Translations under genes and position numbers: made by a program
Shown: piece after piece, positions 1 to 9,256 of the stretch
Numbering within the stretch: the stretch's first letter is position 1
Layout of the letters: every line of letters begins with the position of its first letter
The notes under the pieces: generated by a model
Told to the model about the DNA's origin: nothing
Seen by the model: only the letters and a program-made list of their open reading frames with translations
The model's database searches: none
Assembly: GCA_038316435.1 (NCBI GenBank)
Contig: JBBQAQ010000001.1
Coordinates: 2,267-66,266 of the forward strand
DNA: 64,000 nucleotides
From: Bacteroidales bacterium
GTDB lineage: Bacteria; Bacteroidota; Bacteroidia; Bacteroidales; GCA-2748055
Direction: 5' to 3'

Positions 1-132
1 ATAGTGTACATCTGAACCGCAAACTCCAAGAGTTTTCATTTTTATCAAAACATCATCATCATTGATAATTGCGGGGTTTGGGACTTCAAACATTTTCATT
101 TGCCGGATACCGGTGAGCATCATTGATTTCAT
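1..132 (-). CDS. Zn-dependent medium-chain dehydrogenase/reductase, N-terminal fragment (gene runs off the left edge)
   Basis: My own reverse-strand translation from the ATG at 130-132 gives MKSMMLTGIRQMKMFEVPNPAIINDDDVLIKMKTLGVCGSDVHY. It carries the GxCGSDxH zinc-ligand motif of sorbitol/threonine-dehydrogenase-like MDRs. It is not in the ORF track because it is truncated. Confidence 0.6.
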   Translation of the reverse strand, partial: MKSMMLTGIRQMKMFEVPNPAIINDDDVLIKMKTLGVCGSDVHY

Positions 133-285
133 TGTTCTGAGATATTAAATCGTTACTAAGATAAAACTAATTTAGGCATTTACTGTTGAAAAAATTAGAC
201 AGTACCTGTAATTTTCAAATTCTCAAATTTACTAATGTCGAATTGTCGAATTAAGAGTAACTTTGTTCCAAATAATTACAATAAG

Positions 286-1242
286 ATGAATCTTCTCGAA
301 CAACTTAAACAATACACTCTTGTGGTTGCCGATACTGGCGATTTTGAGAGTATTGCTCAATTCAAACCGATTGATGCAACTACAAATCCCTCTTTAATTT
401 ATGCCGCTTCCCAAAAAAAAGAATATGCTCATATTGTGGATGCAGCGATAGAATATGGAAGGAAAAAGGGAAACAGTTTTGAAGAAAGACTTGCTGAAAG
501 TCTTGACATGCTTGCTGTAAAGTTCGGTATAGAAATATTAAAAATTGTACCGAGAAGGGTTTCAACTGAAGTAGATGCACGACTTTCCTTTGATATCGAA
601 GGGAGTTTAAAAAAAGCCAGAAAAATTATTGGCTTATATGAAGATAATGGAATTTCCCGCGAAAAAATTTTGGTTAAACTTGCAAGCACTTGGGAGGGTA
701 TAAGGGCAGCAGAACAACTTGAAAAAGAGGGGATTCATAACAATCTGACACTTCTATTCAGCAAGGCACAGGCAATCGCATGTGCTGAAGCCAATGTTAG
801 GCTTATTTCACCTTTTGTAGGCAGAATATACGACTGGCATAAGAAAAATCTTGGAGTAGATTCAATTCCTTCACCCGAAGATCCTGGGGTACTTTCTGTA
901 AATTATATTTATAACTATTATAAAAAGTTTGGCTATAAAACCGAAGTAATGGGCGCCAGCTTCAGAAATATCGGTGAAATTATTGAACTCGCAGGTTGTG
1001 ATCTGCTAACTATTTCTCCGAATCTTCTTGCTGAACTTGAGAGTAATCAGTCTCAATTGATTAGAAAACTCGACCCTGAAAAGGCAGTAAAGTCTGGCTT
1101 ACAGCAAATCCATCTAGATGAAAAATCCTACCGGTGGATGCATAATGAAGATGCAATGGCAGTCGAAAAATTGTCTGAAGGAATTAGAAAATTTACTGAA
1201 GACCTTATTAAACTTGAAAAATTCATATCTGCAAAATTATAA
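286..1242 (+). CDS. tal: Transaldolase (TalB-type)
   Basis: ORF 235..1242. [23 protein letters not shown]...DATTNPSL and the TLLFS/ISPFVGR(I)YDW motifs are classic transaldolase B. The internal ATG at 286 gives the canonical ~318 aa length. Confidence 0.9.
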   Translation: MNLLEQLKQYTLVVADTGDFESIAQFKPIDATTNPSLIYAASQKKEYAHIVDAAIEYGRKKGNSFEERLAESLDMLAVKFGIEILKIVPRRVSTEVDARLSFDIEGSLKKARKIIGLYEDNGISREKILVKLASTWEGIRAAEQLEKEGIHNNLTLLFSKAQAIACAEANVRLISPFVGRIYDWHKKNLGVDSIPSPEDPGVLSVNYIYNYYKKFGYKTEVMGASFRNIGEIIELAGCDLLTISPNLLAELESNQSQLIRKLDPEKAVKSGLQQIHLDEKSYRWMHNEDAMAVEKLSEGIRKFTEDLIKLEKFISAKL

Positions 1243-1248
1243 GTTATT

Positions 1249-1872
1249 ATGACATCTCATTCTGATGTTCTTGTGGAAATAGTAAACCTTCTCAAAAAGG
1301 AGTCCGAAGCCATACAGAACATACCCGTTTCAGAAAGTTTTATACATGCGGTTGACCTTATTTACCAGAAAGTGCATAAGGAAGGAGGTAAGGTTATTGC
1401 AAGTGGCATGGGGAAAGCCGGCCAGATTGCTGAAAACATTGCAACTACTCTGAGTTCTACAGGTACTCCTGCTGTTTTTATTCATCCCAGTGAAGCCCAG
1501 CATGGCGATCTTGGAGTTATTCGTGAAAACGATGTTCTGTTGGTGCTATCAAATTCAGGTAAGACCCGCGAAATCATTGAACTCGTTGAATTAACCCATA
1601 ACCTTTACGAACAGGTTCCTCTTATTGTAATCACTGGAAATCCGGATGGTGAGCTTCCAAAATTTGCCCAGGTAAGCATCTTTACCGGTAATCCTAAAGA
1701 AGTATGTGCATTGGGACTTACACCAACAACTTCAACCACCACAATGACGGTTATTGGTGATATTCTGGTGGTTCTGGAAATGAAGAAAATTGGATTTTCT
1801 CATGCCGATTATGCAAAAAGACACCATGGAGGTTACCTTGGGCAGAAATCAAGAAACGCAGCTAAATTATAA
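1249..1872 (+). CDS. Single-domain SIS sugar-phosphate isomerase (KpsF/GutQ-like arabinose-5-phosphate isomerase core, no CBS pair)
   Basis: GKVIASGMGKAGQIAENIATTLSSTGTPAVFIHPSEAQHGDLGVI...LSNSGKT closely matches the KpsF SIS core. The protein ends at 207 aa without CBS domains. It starts 7 nt after the tal stop. Confidence 0.75.
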   Translation: MTSHSDVLVEIVNLLKKESEAIQNIPVSESFIHAVDLIYQKVHKEGGKVIASGMGKAGQIAENIATTLSSTGTPAVFIHPSEAQHGDLGVIRENDVLLVLSNSGKTREIIELVELTHNLYEQVPLIVITGNPDGELPKFAQVSIFTGNPKEVCALGLTPTTSTTTMTVIGDILVVLEMKKIGFSHADYAKRHHGGYLGQKSRNAAKL

Positions 1873-2414
1873 TGAGGATTCTAAAAAATAAAACAATCGG
1901 TATTTTCATTGATATTCAGGAAAAGCTTTTCCCCCATATGCAGGAAAAGGAAATCCTGATAAAAAATCTTATCAAACTTAGTACTGGTCTTAAAATTCTG
2001 AATGTTCCAATTATTGTTACAGAACAATATCCACGAGGTCTTGGATTCACTGTTACTCCACTTAAAGATGCCTTGGAACAACTTGTACCCATTGAAAAAA
2101 CTGCTTTTTCAACTTGTGATGAACCACAGTTTATGAAAGTTCTAAACGAATCTTCAAAAAAAAATGTTATTCTTTGCGGAATTGAAACACATGTATGTGT
2201 TCTGCAAACGAGTATTGACCTGATAAATAGAGGATTTATCCCTGTGGTTATTGAGGACTGCGTATCATCCCGCAAGACATCTGATAAAAATATTGCTTTG
2301 GAAAGAATGAGACAGGAGGGAGTTATAATTTCTAGTCTGGAATCAATTCTATTTGAACTGACACGTTATAGCGGAACTGAAATATTTAAATCAATTTCGA
2401 ACTTAGTTAAATAA
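1872..2414 (+). CDS. Isochorismatase-family cysteine hydrolase
   Basis: 180 aa with an IGIFIDIQ..F start, a VILCGIETHVCVLQT catalytic-Cys segment and a family-typical length. The TAATG start overlaps the upstream stop. Confidence 0.7.
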   Translation: MRILKNKTIGIFIDIQEKLFPHMQEKEILIKNLIKLSTGLKILNVPIIVTEQYPRGLGFTVTPLKDALEQLVPIEKTAFSTCDEPQFMKVLNESSKKNVILCGIETHVCVLQTSIDLINRGFIPVVIEDCVSSRKTSDKNIALERMRQEGVIISSLESILFELTRYSGTEIFKSISNLVK

Positions 2415-2441
2415 CATTTTTCCATTTTAATTTGTAATGCA

Positions 2442-3362
2442 ATGCCCCAAATATTCACTTTTGGAGAAACGGTATACGACATTATCTTCAAAAACAATAA
2501 ACCTGTTGCTGCAAAAGCTGGAGGTTCCATGCTTAATACTTCTGTAAGCCTTGGTAGATTAGGAATGAAGGTAAACTTCGTTTCAGATATGGGAAGAGAT
2601 TTTATTGGTGATACTATTGTTAGTTTTCTTGCGGAAAATGGAGTGTCCACTAAGGCTATTGCTCAATATGAAAATCGTAAAACAGCTATTGCCATTGCTT
2701 TTCTGAATGATGATAATGACGCATCCTATACATTTTATAAAGATTTTCCTGACAATCGCTTATCAACAGTAAATCCTGAATTCAACGAGGGTGATATTGT
2801 ATTGTTCGGAAGTTTCTTTGCGTTAACAGAAAATATCAGACCGGTTTTGTTGAAATTTCTGAAGAAGGCACGTGAGAAAGGATGTATCACTATTTACGAC
2901 CCGAATTTCAGAAAAGCACATCTGCATGAAATTGATGCATTGAAACCATTTATAATAGAAAACATTGGACTTTCAGATCTGGTAAGAGGTTCAGACGAGG
3001 ATTTTAATCTAATTTTTGGTGCGGAAAATTCTGATGATGCTTTTCAGATTGTTTTAAAATATGGTTGCGCAAATCTGATTTATACAGCAAACCGAAACGA
3101 GGTTCTGATGATGTCACCTGATTATAAAGTTACTTCACAGGTACCGGCTATAACACCTCTTAGTACTATAGGTGCAGGGGATAACTTCAATGCAGGGATA
3201 ATCTGGACACTTGTCAGGAATGAACTTACAGTAAAGGATATGGGACATCTTAATGAAAGACTTATGGAGAAGATAATTGGAAATGGGATTTCTTTTGCTT
3301 CTGAAGTGTGTATGAGTTATGATAATTATGTTTCGCGGGAATTTGCTGCTGGTTTATTATAA
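2442..3362 (+). CDS. PfkB-family carbohydrate kinase (fructokinase-like)
   Basis: GGSMLNTSVSLGRLG N-terminal motif and the C-terminal TIGAGDNFNAG PfkB signature. Confidence 0.85.
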   Translation: MPQIFTFGETVYDIIFKNNKPVAAKAGGSMLNTSVSLGRLGMKVNFVSDMGRDFIGDTIVSFLAENGVSTKAIAQYENRKTAIAIAFLNDDNDASYTFYKDFPDNRLSTVNPEFNEGDIVLFGSFFALTENIRPVLLKFLKKAREKGCITIYDPNFRKAHLHEIDALKPFIIENIGLSDLVRGSDEDFNLIFGAENSDDAFQIVLKYGCANLIYTANRNEVLMMSPDYKVTSQVPAITPLSTIGAGDNFNAGIIWTLVRNELTVKDMGHLNERLMEKIIGNGISFASEVCMSYDNYVSREFAAGLL

Positions 3363-3371
3363 TAAATGTAA

Positions 3372-4382
3372 ATGAAAAAAATCATAATATTTTTCATTCT
3401 GATTCCTCTATTCATTAGTTGCTCAAATCTGGAAATCAAGAATTCAGAACATAAATTTGCTTTGGTAATTCACGGAGGAGCAGGGGTAATGGCCTCTTCA
3501 GAAATGAGCAATGAAAAACAAAATGCCTTTACAGCTGCATTGGATACGGCCTTGAATATAGGTATGAAAGCTCTTACTGAAGGGAAAAGTTCTTTGGATG
3601 CCGTTGTTGATGTAATAGTTTACCTTGAAGATAATCCACTATTTAATGCTGGAAGAGGTGCTGTGTTTAACCATGATGGTATTAATGAGTTGGATGCTTC
3701 CATAATGTCGGGAATAGATCTGTCAGCCGGAGCTGTTGCGGGTGTGAGGGATGTCAAAAATCCAATTATTCTGGCCCGCACAATTAAAGAAAAATCAGAT
3801 CATGTAATGCTCTCAAATGCTGGTGCTACTCAGTTTGCGAGGGAACAGGGCCTTGAAATTGTTGATTCGTCATGGTTTTTTACAAAGGGGAGTTACGAAA
3901 GACTTCAAAAAACGCTCGAACAGGAAAAACTACTTACAAACATATCCTCAAAAATATCAGATTATAAATTTGGGACAGTTGGTTGTGTTGCATTGGATAA
4001 AAACGGAAATCTTGCTGCGGGCACCTCAACCGGAGGTATGACTAATAAAAAATATGGCAGAATAGGAGATGCTCCAATTATTGGTGCAGGAACCTATGCT
4101 AACAATAAAACCTGTGCGGTCTCAGCAACCGGACACGGTGAGTTTTTCATCAGGTACACTGTTGCACATGATATTTCAGCATTAATGGAATATAAAGGGA
4201 TGTCAATTACAGAAGCCGCCAAAGAAGTGATTTTTAACAAACTTGAACCGGTAAACGGCTTTGGAGGTGTGATCTGTCTGGATAAAGCCGGTAATTATGC
4301 TATGGAGTTTAATACTTCAGGCATGTTCAGAGCTTATGGAAACTCAGATGGTCAGAGAATTGTAAAGATTTTTAAGGATTAA
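3372..4382 (+). CDS. Isoaspartyl peptidase / L-asparaginase (Ntn hydrolase), lipoprotein
   Basis: Lipobox-like LFISC signal, HGGAG, an autoproteolytic GTVGCVALD site (Thr nucleophile) and GAGTYA. Confidence 0.85.
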   Translation: MKKIIIFFILIPLFISCSNLEIKNSEHKFALVIHGGAGVMASSEMSNEKQNAFTAALDTALNIGMKALTEGKSSLDAVVDVIVYLEDNPLFNAGRGAVFNHDGINELDASIMSGIDLSAGAVAGVRDVKNPIILARTIKEKSDHVMLSNAGATQFAREQGLEIVDSSWFFTKGSYERLQKTLEQEKLLTNISSKISDYKFGTVGCVALDKNGNLAAGTSTGGMTNKKYGRIGDAPIIGAGTYANNKTCAVSATGHGEFFIRYTVAHDISALMEYKGMSITEAAKEVIFNKLEPVNGFGGVICLDKAGNYAMEFNTSGMFRAYGNSDGQRIVKIFKD

Positions 4383-4396
4383 GAAAAAAGCACATT

Positions 4397-5659
4397 TTAT
4401 ATATTGGGTGCATTAGAAATAAGATAGTTTTCCGCTTCAAGAGACCATAAACCTCCATTTTTCTTAACAAGATTATCCAACTCTTTCATAAAAGGGAATG
4501 TTGCTGCCCCTGTAGAAAGCTCATCCAATGCGACTAATGGGAATTCTTTATGAGTATAGATCAGTTTTTTCCCACCCGGGATGGAAGGAAGATGTTTCGT
4601 GGTTTCGATTACAGCGTCCAAACCCCCAATATGAGTTATCATTCCTGCCGGATTGATTTTACCTTCAGCCATCATTTTTAATGCTTCACGCATATCATCG
4701 GTGTTTCCACCACTTGTGCCTACAATGTGAGTGAAGGCATAATGAACATTGTAAAAATTGAATTCCGCTTTAAATCCCGGATCAGCGGGACCTGCAAAAA
4801 AATTCATACAACCATCAAATGCCAGAAGCTGATCAGCCTGTTCAACAACTTGTTTTACCGGAGCAAACACGAAAACATCATCAAAACCTTTTCCGTTGGT
4901 TAAGGCTTTTAAGTCATTTACTGCTGTTGCAGGATTTGATGTATTAACATAAACCAGATGAATTCCCTGCTTCTCAGCTTCTTCGGGCGAATGAAGACCG
5001 GCAGCTCTATCAAGTCGCTTTTGGTCAATGTCCGTTACGACCATTAAACCCGGTTTTCGATCACAATGAAGTGCATAATCTATTGCGGCAAGCCCCATCG
5101 GACCTACACCCGCAAGGATAGCCAGATTTCCACCCTCCTTTATTCCCATCTCATGAATATAGGATCCAGATCGGGTATGGTAATTGGCATGGAAAGCACC
5201 TATTACGCAAGACATAGGTTCAGACAAAGATGCCAGAAAAAACTCAGCTCCATCATATGGCAGAAGACAGTCCATTTCCATAACTTCTGATGGAATAAGC
5301 ACATAAGTTGCATTTCCACCTATCCATCTGAATGAATATCCAGGGGCATCAAGACTTCCCTTGTAATTAAGTGCAGGTTGAATGGAAAATTTTTCACCTG
5401 ACTTAAACTTATGCTGCCATTTTTTCCCTACTGAAATAATAACACCACTAAATTCATGTCCGATTATTGTAGGATTTATATTTACATCATCGGGAATGCG
5501 CTTGTGATCGGGTCCCTGCTTTGTTGCTTTGTAAGACGACATGCAGATACTGTCTGAGATTACTTTAGCAAGAATCTCATTTTCTTTCATCTCCGGAAGT
5601 TCAAATTCATCCAGCCTTAAATCATCTTTTCCGTATATTCTGACTGCTTTTGTCTTCAT
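4397..5659 (-). CDS. Zn-dependent MDR dehydrogenase, long (~420 aa) form; possibly a ketose-phosphate reductase (L-sorbose-1-phosphate-reductase-like)
   Basis: GHEFSGVIISVG, a Rossmann GVGPMGLAAIDYA motif and a 420-aa length typical of SorE-like reductases. The substrate is not inferable from sequence alone. Confidence 0.7.
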   Translation of the reverse strand: MKTKAVRIYGKDDLRLDEFELPEMKENEILAKVISDSICMSSYKATKQGPDHKRIPDDVNINPTIIGHEFSGVIISVGKKWQHKFKSGEKFSIQPALNYKGSLDAPGYSFRWIGGNATYVLIPSEVMEMDCLLPYDGAEFFLASLSEPMSCVIGAFHANYHTRSGSYIHEMGIKEGGNLAILAGVGPMGLAAIDYALHCDRKPGLMVVTDIDQKRLDRAAGLHSPEEAEKQGIHLVYVNTSNPATAVNDLKALTNGKGFDDVFVFAPVKQVVEQADQLLAFDGCMNFFAGPADPGFKAEFNFYNVHYAFTHIVGTSGGNTDDMREALKMMAEGKINPAGMITHIGGLDAVIETTKHLPSIPGGKKLIYTHKEFPLVALDELSTGAATFPFMKELDNLVKKNGGLWSLEAENYLISNAPNI

Positions 5660-5680
5660 GTTATCTATAGGTTTGCTGTT

Positions 5681-6985
5681 TTAATTGACCATTTCTTGTC
5701 CACCGGTCACAGGAATTGCCTGACCTGTCTCATATTCCTGCGATACAACGTAATAAATTGCTTTCATTATATCCTTTACTTGACATCCCCGGCCCAAAGG
5801 AACCTGATTTTCGTAATAACGCCTTACATCTTCGATTGTTTTTGCGCCAGCTACTTTTCCTGCTTTGAGGTACTGCACAAACAGCCCTTTTTCAGGGTCA
5901 GCCCAAAGTGGACCCTCAAAAAAATTACCGGGACAAATTGCATTTACCTTAATACGAGAGGGCGCAAGTTCCAAAGCAAATGATTGAGTTAGCCCGATAC
6001 CACCGAATTTTCCACCTGAATAAGCAAAGTTTCTGTTGCTGCCTTTTAAACCGGATTTTGAGTTAATTTGAATGATATCAGCGAAATAATCTTCTTTTTG
6101 TAGAGTTTGATTTTTCATTACTGCTGAGGCATATTTTGCACATAGAAAATATCCTTCATAGTTTATTTTGGTCATAAGTTCAAAGCTGGCAGGATCCATT
6201 TCTTCTAAACCTCCGGCTTTTAAAATACCAGCATTTGATATAAAAAGATCAATACCACCAAAATGTTTAACCACAGAGAAAATCAGGTTCTTTACAGAAT
6301 CCGGATTTGAAACATCTGTTTTTATAAAGCTTACTTCGTTTGCGCCACATAATGCAGATAATTCCTTACAAGTAGAAAGTCCTTTTTCAACATTCAGATC
6401 AGCAATGATCAGGTTTGCATGATCACATACAAGGCTTCTTGAAATACCCTCACCGAATCCTTGCGCGCCACCAGTAACTACACATATTTTTTGATTCAAT
6501 ATGCCGGGAAAGGCATTTGTGTATTCATATTTTGCATGGTTTTCCTGTTGAACTTCTAATTCTGAGATGCCTTTTTTAGATTGATTTAAGAAATGCAATA
6601 AACAGCTTTCAACTTCTTCATGCAATTGGCTAACTGCATGGGAATGATCTTCTGACGCGAGGATTCCGTAGTCTTTTATGAATATTACTTTTGGCTGGGT
6701 TGAATTTACGGATTTAAAAATGTTTAATTCATGAATAAAAGATTTTAAGATTATTTCAGGGGATGAAGATTGGTTGAGAAATAAGAATTTTCCGTCCCAA
6801 AGTGCGGATTCAGAGGGTTTGTAAGTTGAAACAGCTTTTTCCAGCATTATAAGGTCATTGCAGAAAGGCATAGTGAATGTTTTGCTTTGCAGTCTGACAA
6901 TTTTTAAACATTTATCAGACAAAATCATACGGATTGACGGTATGAACTCAATGATATTCGCGTTTACCGATATTTCTTTTTCCAT
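5681..6985 (-). CDS. Short-chain dehydrogenase/reductase with an ~165-aa N-terminal extension (related to the SDR half of bifunctional aldolase/SDR proteins or to sorbitol-6-P dehydrogenase)
   Basis: VVTGGAQGFGEGI (TGxxxGxG), NAG, and a YSGGKFGG active-site Y..K region from about aa 166 onward. The N-terminal part has no motif I recognise. Confidence 0.7.
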   Translation of the reverse strand: MEKEISVNANIIEFIPSIRMILSDKCLKIVRLQSKTFTMPFCNDLIMLEKAVSTYKPSESALWDGKFLFLNQSSSPEIILKSFIHELNIFKSVNSTQPKVIFIKDYGILASEDHSHAVSQLHEEVESCLLHFLNQSKKGISELEVQQENHAKYEYTNAFPGILNQKICVVTGGAQGFGEGISRSLVCDHANLIIADLNVEKGLSTCKELSALCGANEVSFIKTDVSNPDSVKNLIFSVVKHFGGIDLFISNAGILKAGGLEEMDPASFELMTKINYEGYFLCAKYASAVMKNQTLQKEDYFADIIQINSKSGLKGSNRNFAYSGGKFGGIGLTQSFALELAPSRIKVNAICPGNFFEGPLWADPEKGLFVQYLKAGKVAGAKTIEDVRRYYENQVPLGRGCQVKDIMKAIYYVVSQEYETGQAIPVTGGQEMVN

Positions 6986-7019
6986 ACTTTTAAAAATTCA
7001 TTTAAAATCTCAGGTAAAA

Positions 7020-8252
7020 CTATTTCTGCAGAAAGTATTCAATCACGGCATTTCCAAGCTCAATAAATTCATCTATTTGTTCGGTTTTGGCAATTCCGTG
7101 CTCATTGATATAACCTTCGAGTTTTTTGGATCTTAAATACTGATGAGCCGCAATAATACACGCGCCTTCAAAAGAAATGGATTTAAGCTCTTCATCCAGT
7201 GATCTACCTCCCTTTGAATCAACTTTTAAAGGTATCATTTCAGGAGAATTATGTTCAGTACCAAAAAGTACAATAAATTTCCTGTCGTGAAAAAACACAC
7301 TATATTCTTTTACCCTGCTGAAAGAATTTCTTAAAGGGATTAGTTCAACAGCATAAATATTTTTGGAGGTTAACTCAAGAAAAAGTGTTTCTAAAACCTT
7401 CTCAAAATCTGTGAAATTATCATTTTTGTCATCACATAGAATTGGATAGCAGGGAATCCCTCCAGCATCAAGAATAGTTGAAATTAATTTTTCCAGATTT
7501 AGGAATGCTTTTGGGTCCTCCACTACAAATCCGGGTCCACCTGACTTTAAAACGCGACTTCTTATTTCATCTTCAAGAGAACTGACATTATTCAAATCTG
7601 AAACACATTCTTTCCCACTAAATATTAAGGAAAATGCTTTTTTTCTTTCCTCAGTTGTTGCATATTTTTCATAAACCTTAATTCTTACAGCCTTTGCAAT
7701 ATGCCTTTCCCGGAGCATACCTTTGGTGTGTTTTGCAAGGATTTCATCATAATCCAAAAAAAGTTCAGGATTGATTTCGCAAAGGTGTGCTGAAGTTTTT
7801 TCAACCATTTCCCGTGTTTGAACCAGGCTCTCTGCGGATAAAAAATTTATAATTTCCATTGCCTCACTATCCTGTATAACAGGAAAATCAAGCCCTTTAC
7901 CGCAAAAATAAATCCTGCCCGGGTTATTTGGATCGTTTATTCGTATTCCTTTTTCCTGCTCATCTTTAAGCAGACCCATGAATTCAATATTGTAGAGTGG
8001 GAATTTATGATACAATTCGCATAATTCAGTAAACTCTTCGTATCCGGCAGTAGTATAGAAATCATTTATTCCCAAAACATTTACTTTTTCCTTTTCAGCC
8101 ATTTGAAATACTTGTTTCAAATCAGTAAAAGCGCTGAACGAGTAGGGTGTATGAAAGTGAGCATTTACTTCGTGTATCTGATTACTTCCATTGATATTAT
8201 ACCAGTTCAGTAAGTCTTCGTAAGATGGAAAATCTTCAAGTAAGTTTTTCAT
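7020..8252 (-). CDS. PHP-like metal-dependent phosphoesterase (putative)
   Basis: N-terminal EVNAHFHTPYSFSAF resembles the HxH metal motif of PHP/histidinol-phosphatase-like domains. The remainder is unrecognised. Confidence 0.4.
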   Translation of the reverse strand: MKNLLEDFPSYEDLLNWYNINGSNQIHEVNAHFHTPYSFSAFTDLKQVFQMAEKEKVNVLGINDFYTTAGYEEFTELCELYHKFPLYNIEFMGLLKDEQEKGIRINDPNNPGRIYFCGKGLDFPVIQDSEAMEIINFLSAESLVQTREMVEKTSAHLCEINPELFLDYDEILAKHTKGMLRERHIAKAVRIKVYEKYATTEERKKAFSLIFSGKECVSDLNNVSSLEDEIRSRVLKSGGPGFVVEDPKAFLNLEKLISTILDAGGIPCYPILCDDKNDNFTDFEKVLETLFLELTSKNIYAVELIPLRNSFSRVKEYSVFFHDRKFIVLFGTEHNSPEMIPLKVDSKGGRSLDEELKSISFEGACIIAAHQYLRSKKLEGYINEHGIAKTEQIDEFIELGNAVIEYFLQK

Positions 8253-8305
8253 TTATTCTATGTTTATTATTTCGAAATTAATCACCGAAATTAAATGTTT
8301 TAAGA

Positions 8306-8950
8306 TTACCAGTTTAAACAGTCATCGGGAGCGTAAGTAAGATCATTAATTTTCCAGTCGGCTAGGATAAATTCTTCGGCTTTAAAACTGCCTGTTATAG
8401 CCAACACCTTACAACCTGCAGATTTTCCTGATTTTTCGCCACTTATAGCATCTTCAACAACAAGACAATCTTTTGGGTCGACATTTAATCGTTTGGCGGC
8501 TTCCATATAAATATCAGGAAAGGGTTTTTTTCTCTCAACTTCGAGACCATTAACCGTTGCATCAAATATTGAAGCGGGTATTCCTATTTCATTAAGATTT
8601 GCATTCATTTTAATTGCATCGGCGCTTGTAGCTATGGCAATTTTTAATTTCTTTTGCCTGCATCTCCCAATAAAATCAACCACTCCGGGAAGAGGCGCAA
8701 GTTTTCCCCGGGTAATTTCAATATAAATTTCATAAGTTCTTTGCTTATACTTAACTAGGTCAAAAGGGAAATTGTATTTTTCTGCGACACCTCCAAGATA
8801 CCTGTTTTCACCGGTCCCGATAAATGGGATAAAATCCTTTTCGCGAACTAAAAGCCCTTTCTCCTTAAACATCAAAATGGCTGCCTGACAAATGAATTCT
8901 TCCGAATCCACCAGAACACCATCCATATCGAATAAAACAGCTTTAATCAT
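8306..8950 (-). CDS. HAD-IA hydrolase (beta-phosphoglucomutase/sugar-phosphatase-like)
   Basis: Motif I is LFDMDGVLVDSE, motif II is IAIATSA and motif IV is VEDAISG. Confidence 0.85.
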   Translation of the reverse strand: MIKAVLFDMDGVLVDSEEFICQAAILMFKEKGLLVREKDFIPFIGTGENRYLGGVAEKYNFPFDLVKYKQRTYEIYIEITRGKLAPLPGVVDFIGRCRQKKLKIAIATSADAIKMNANLNEIGIPASIFDATVNGLEVERKKPFPDIYMEAAKRLNVDPKDCLVVEDAISGEKSGKSAGCKVLAITGSFKAEEFILADWKINDLTYAPDDCLNW

Positions 8951-9256
8951 CTAATTGAAACGTATTGTTTAATGCAACTCCTCTCGAAATAAACTTAAAA
9001 AATCAATCAGTAAATATCAATCAATGTCGTTGACCTAAGCCTGAAATACAAGCTTTTTTAAATAAGCGGAATTTCAATTTTAACAAATATTATTATCACA
9101 TTAATATTTTCAAATGTTTCCTTAAGTCAACGAAATTGAAATACCAATTATCGTTTTTCAAAGGTACTAAAAACAAGATACAGCATTTTGAGTTTTCTGA
9201 ATAGTTTTCATTCATTCACTTACACATTTATGCACATAGAAAATATCCATAGCGGT

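Noticed and set aside
235-285. N-terminal extensions of track ORFs. These are 235 for tal, 21104 for mce, 21595 for mmdA, 19664 for the AKR, 47495 for the hybrid kinase, 58887 for the HAD, and 23534 and 23961 for BCCP and mmdB.
   Set aside because: Family alignments begin at internal ATG codons. Several track starts are TTG codons overlapping the upstream gene, and the extensions have non-protein-like composition (for example MYLFDLYHDSDVFITLTLLRIPRNQSINKFINHK). I shortened the coordinates accordingly.
380-689. Antisense or out-of-frame ORFs nested in real genes. Examples are 380..580, 429..689, 1916..2275, 12590..12940, 24761..25168, 43029..43415, 46303..46773, 62527..62958 and many others in the track.
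   Set aside because: All lie entirely within longer ORFs that have clear family motifs. Their translations are low-complexity Ser/Leu/Ile/Phe-rich, as expected from reading AT-rich coding sequence in the wrong frame, and they carry no recognisable motifs.
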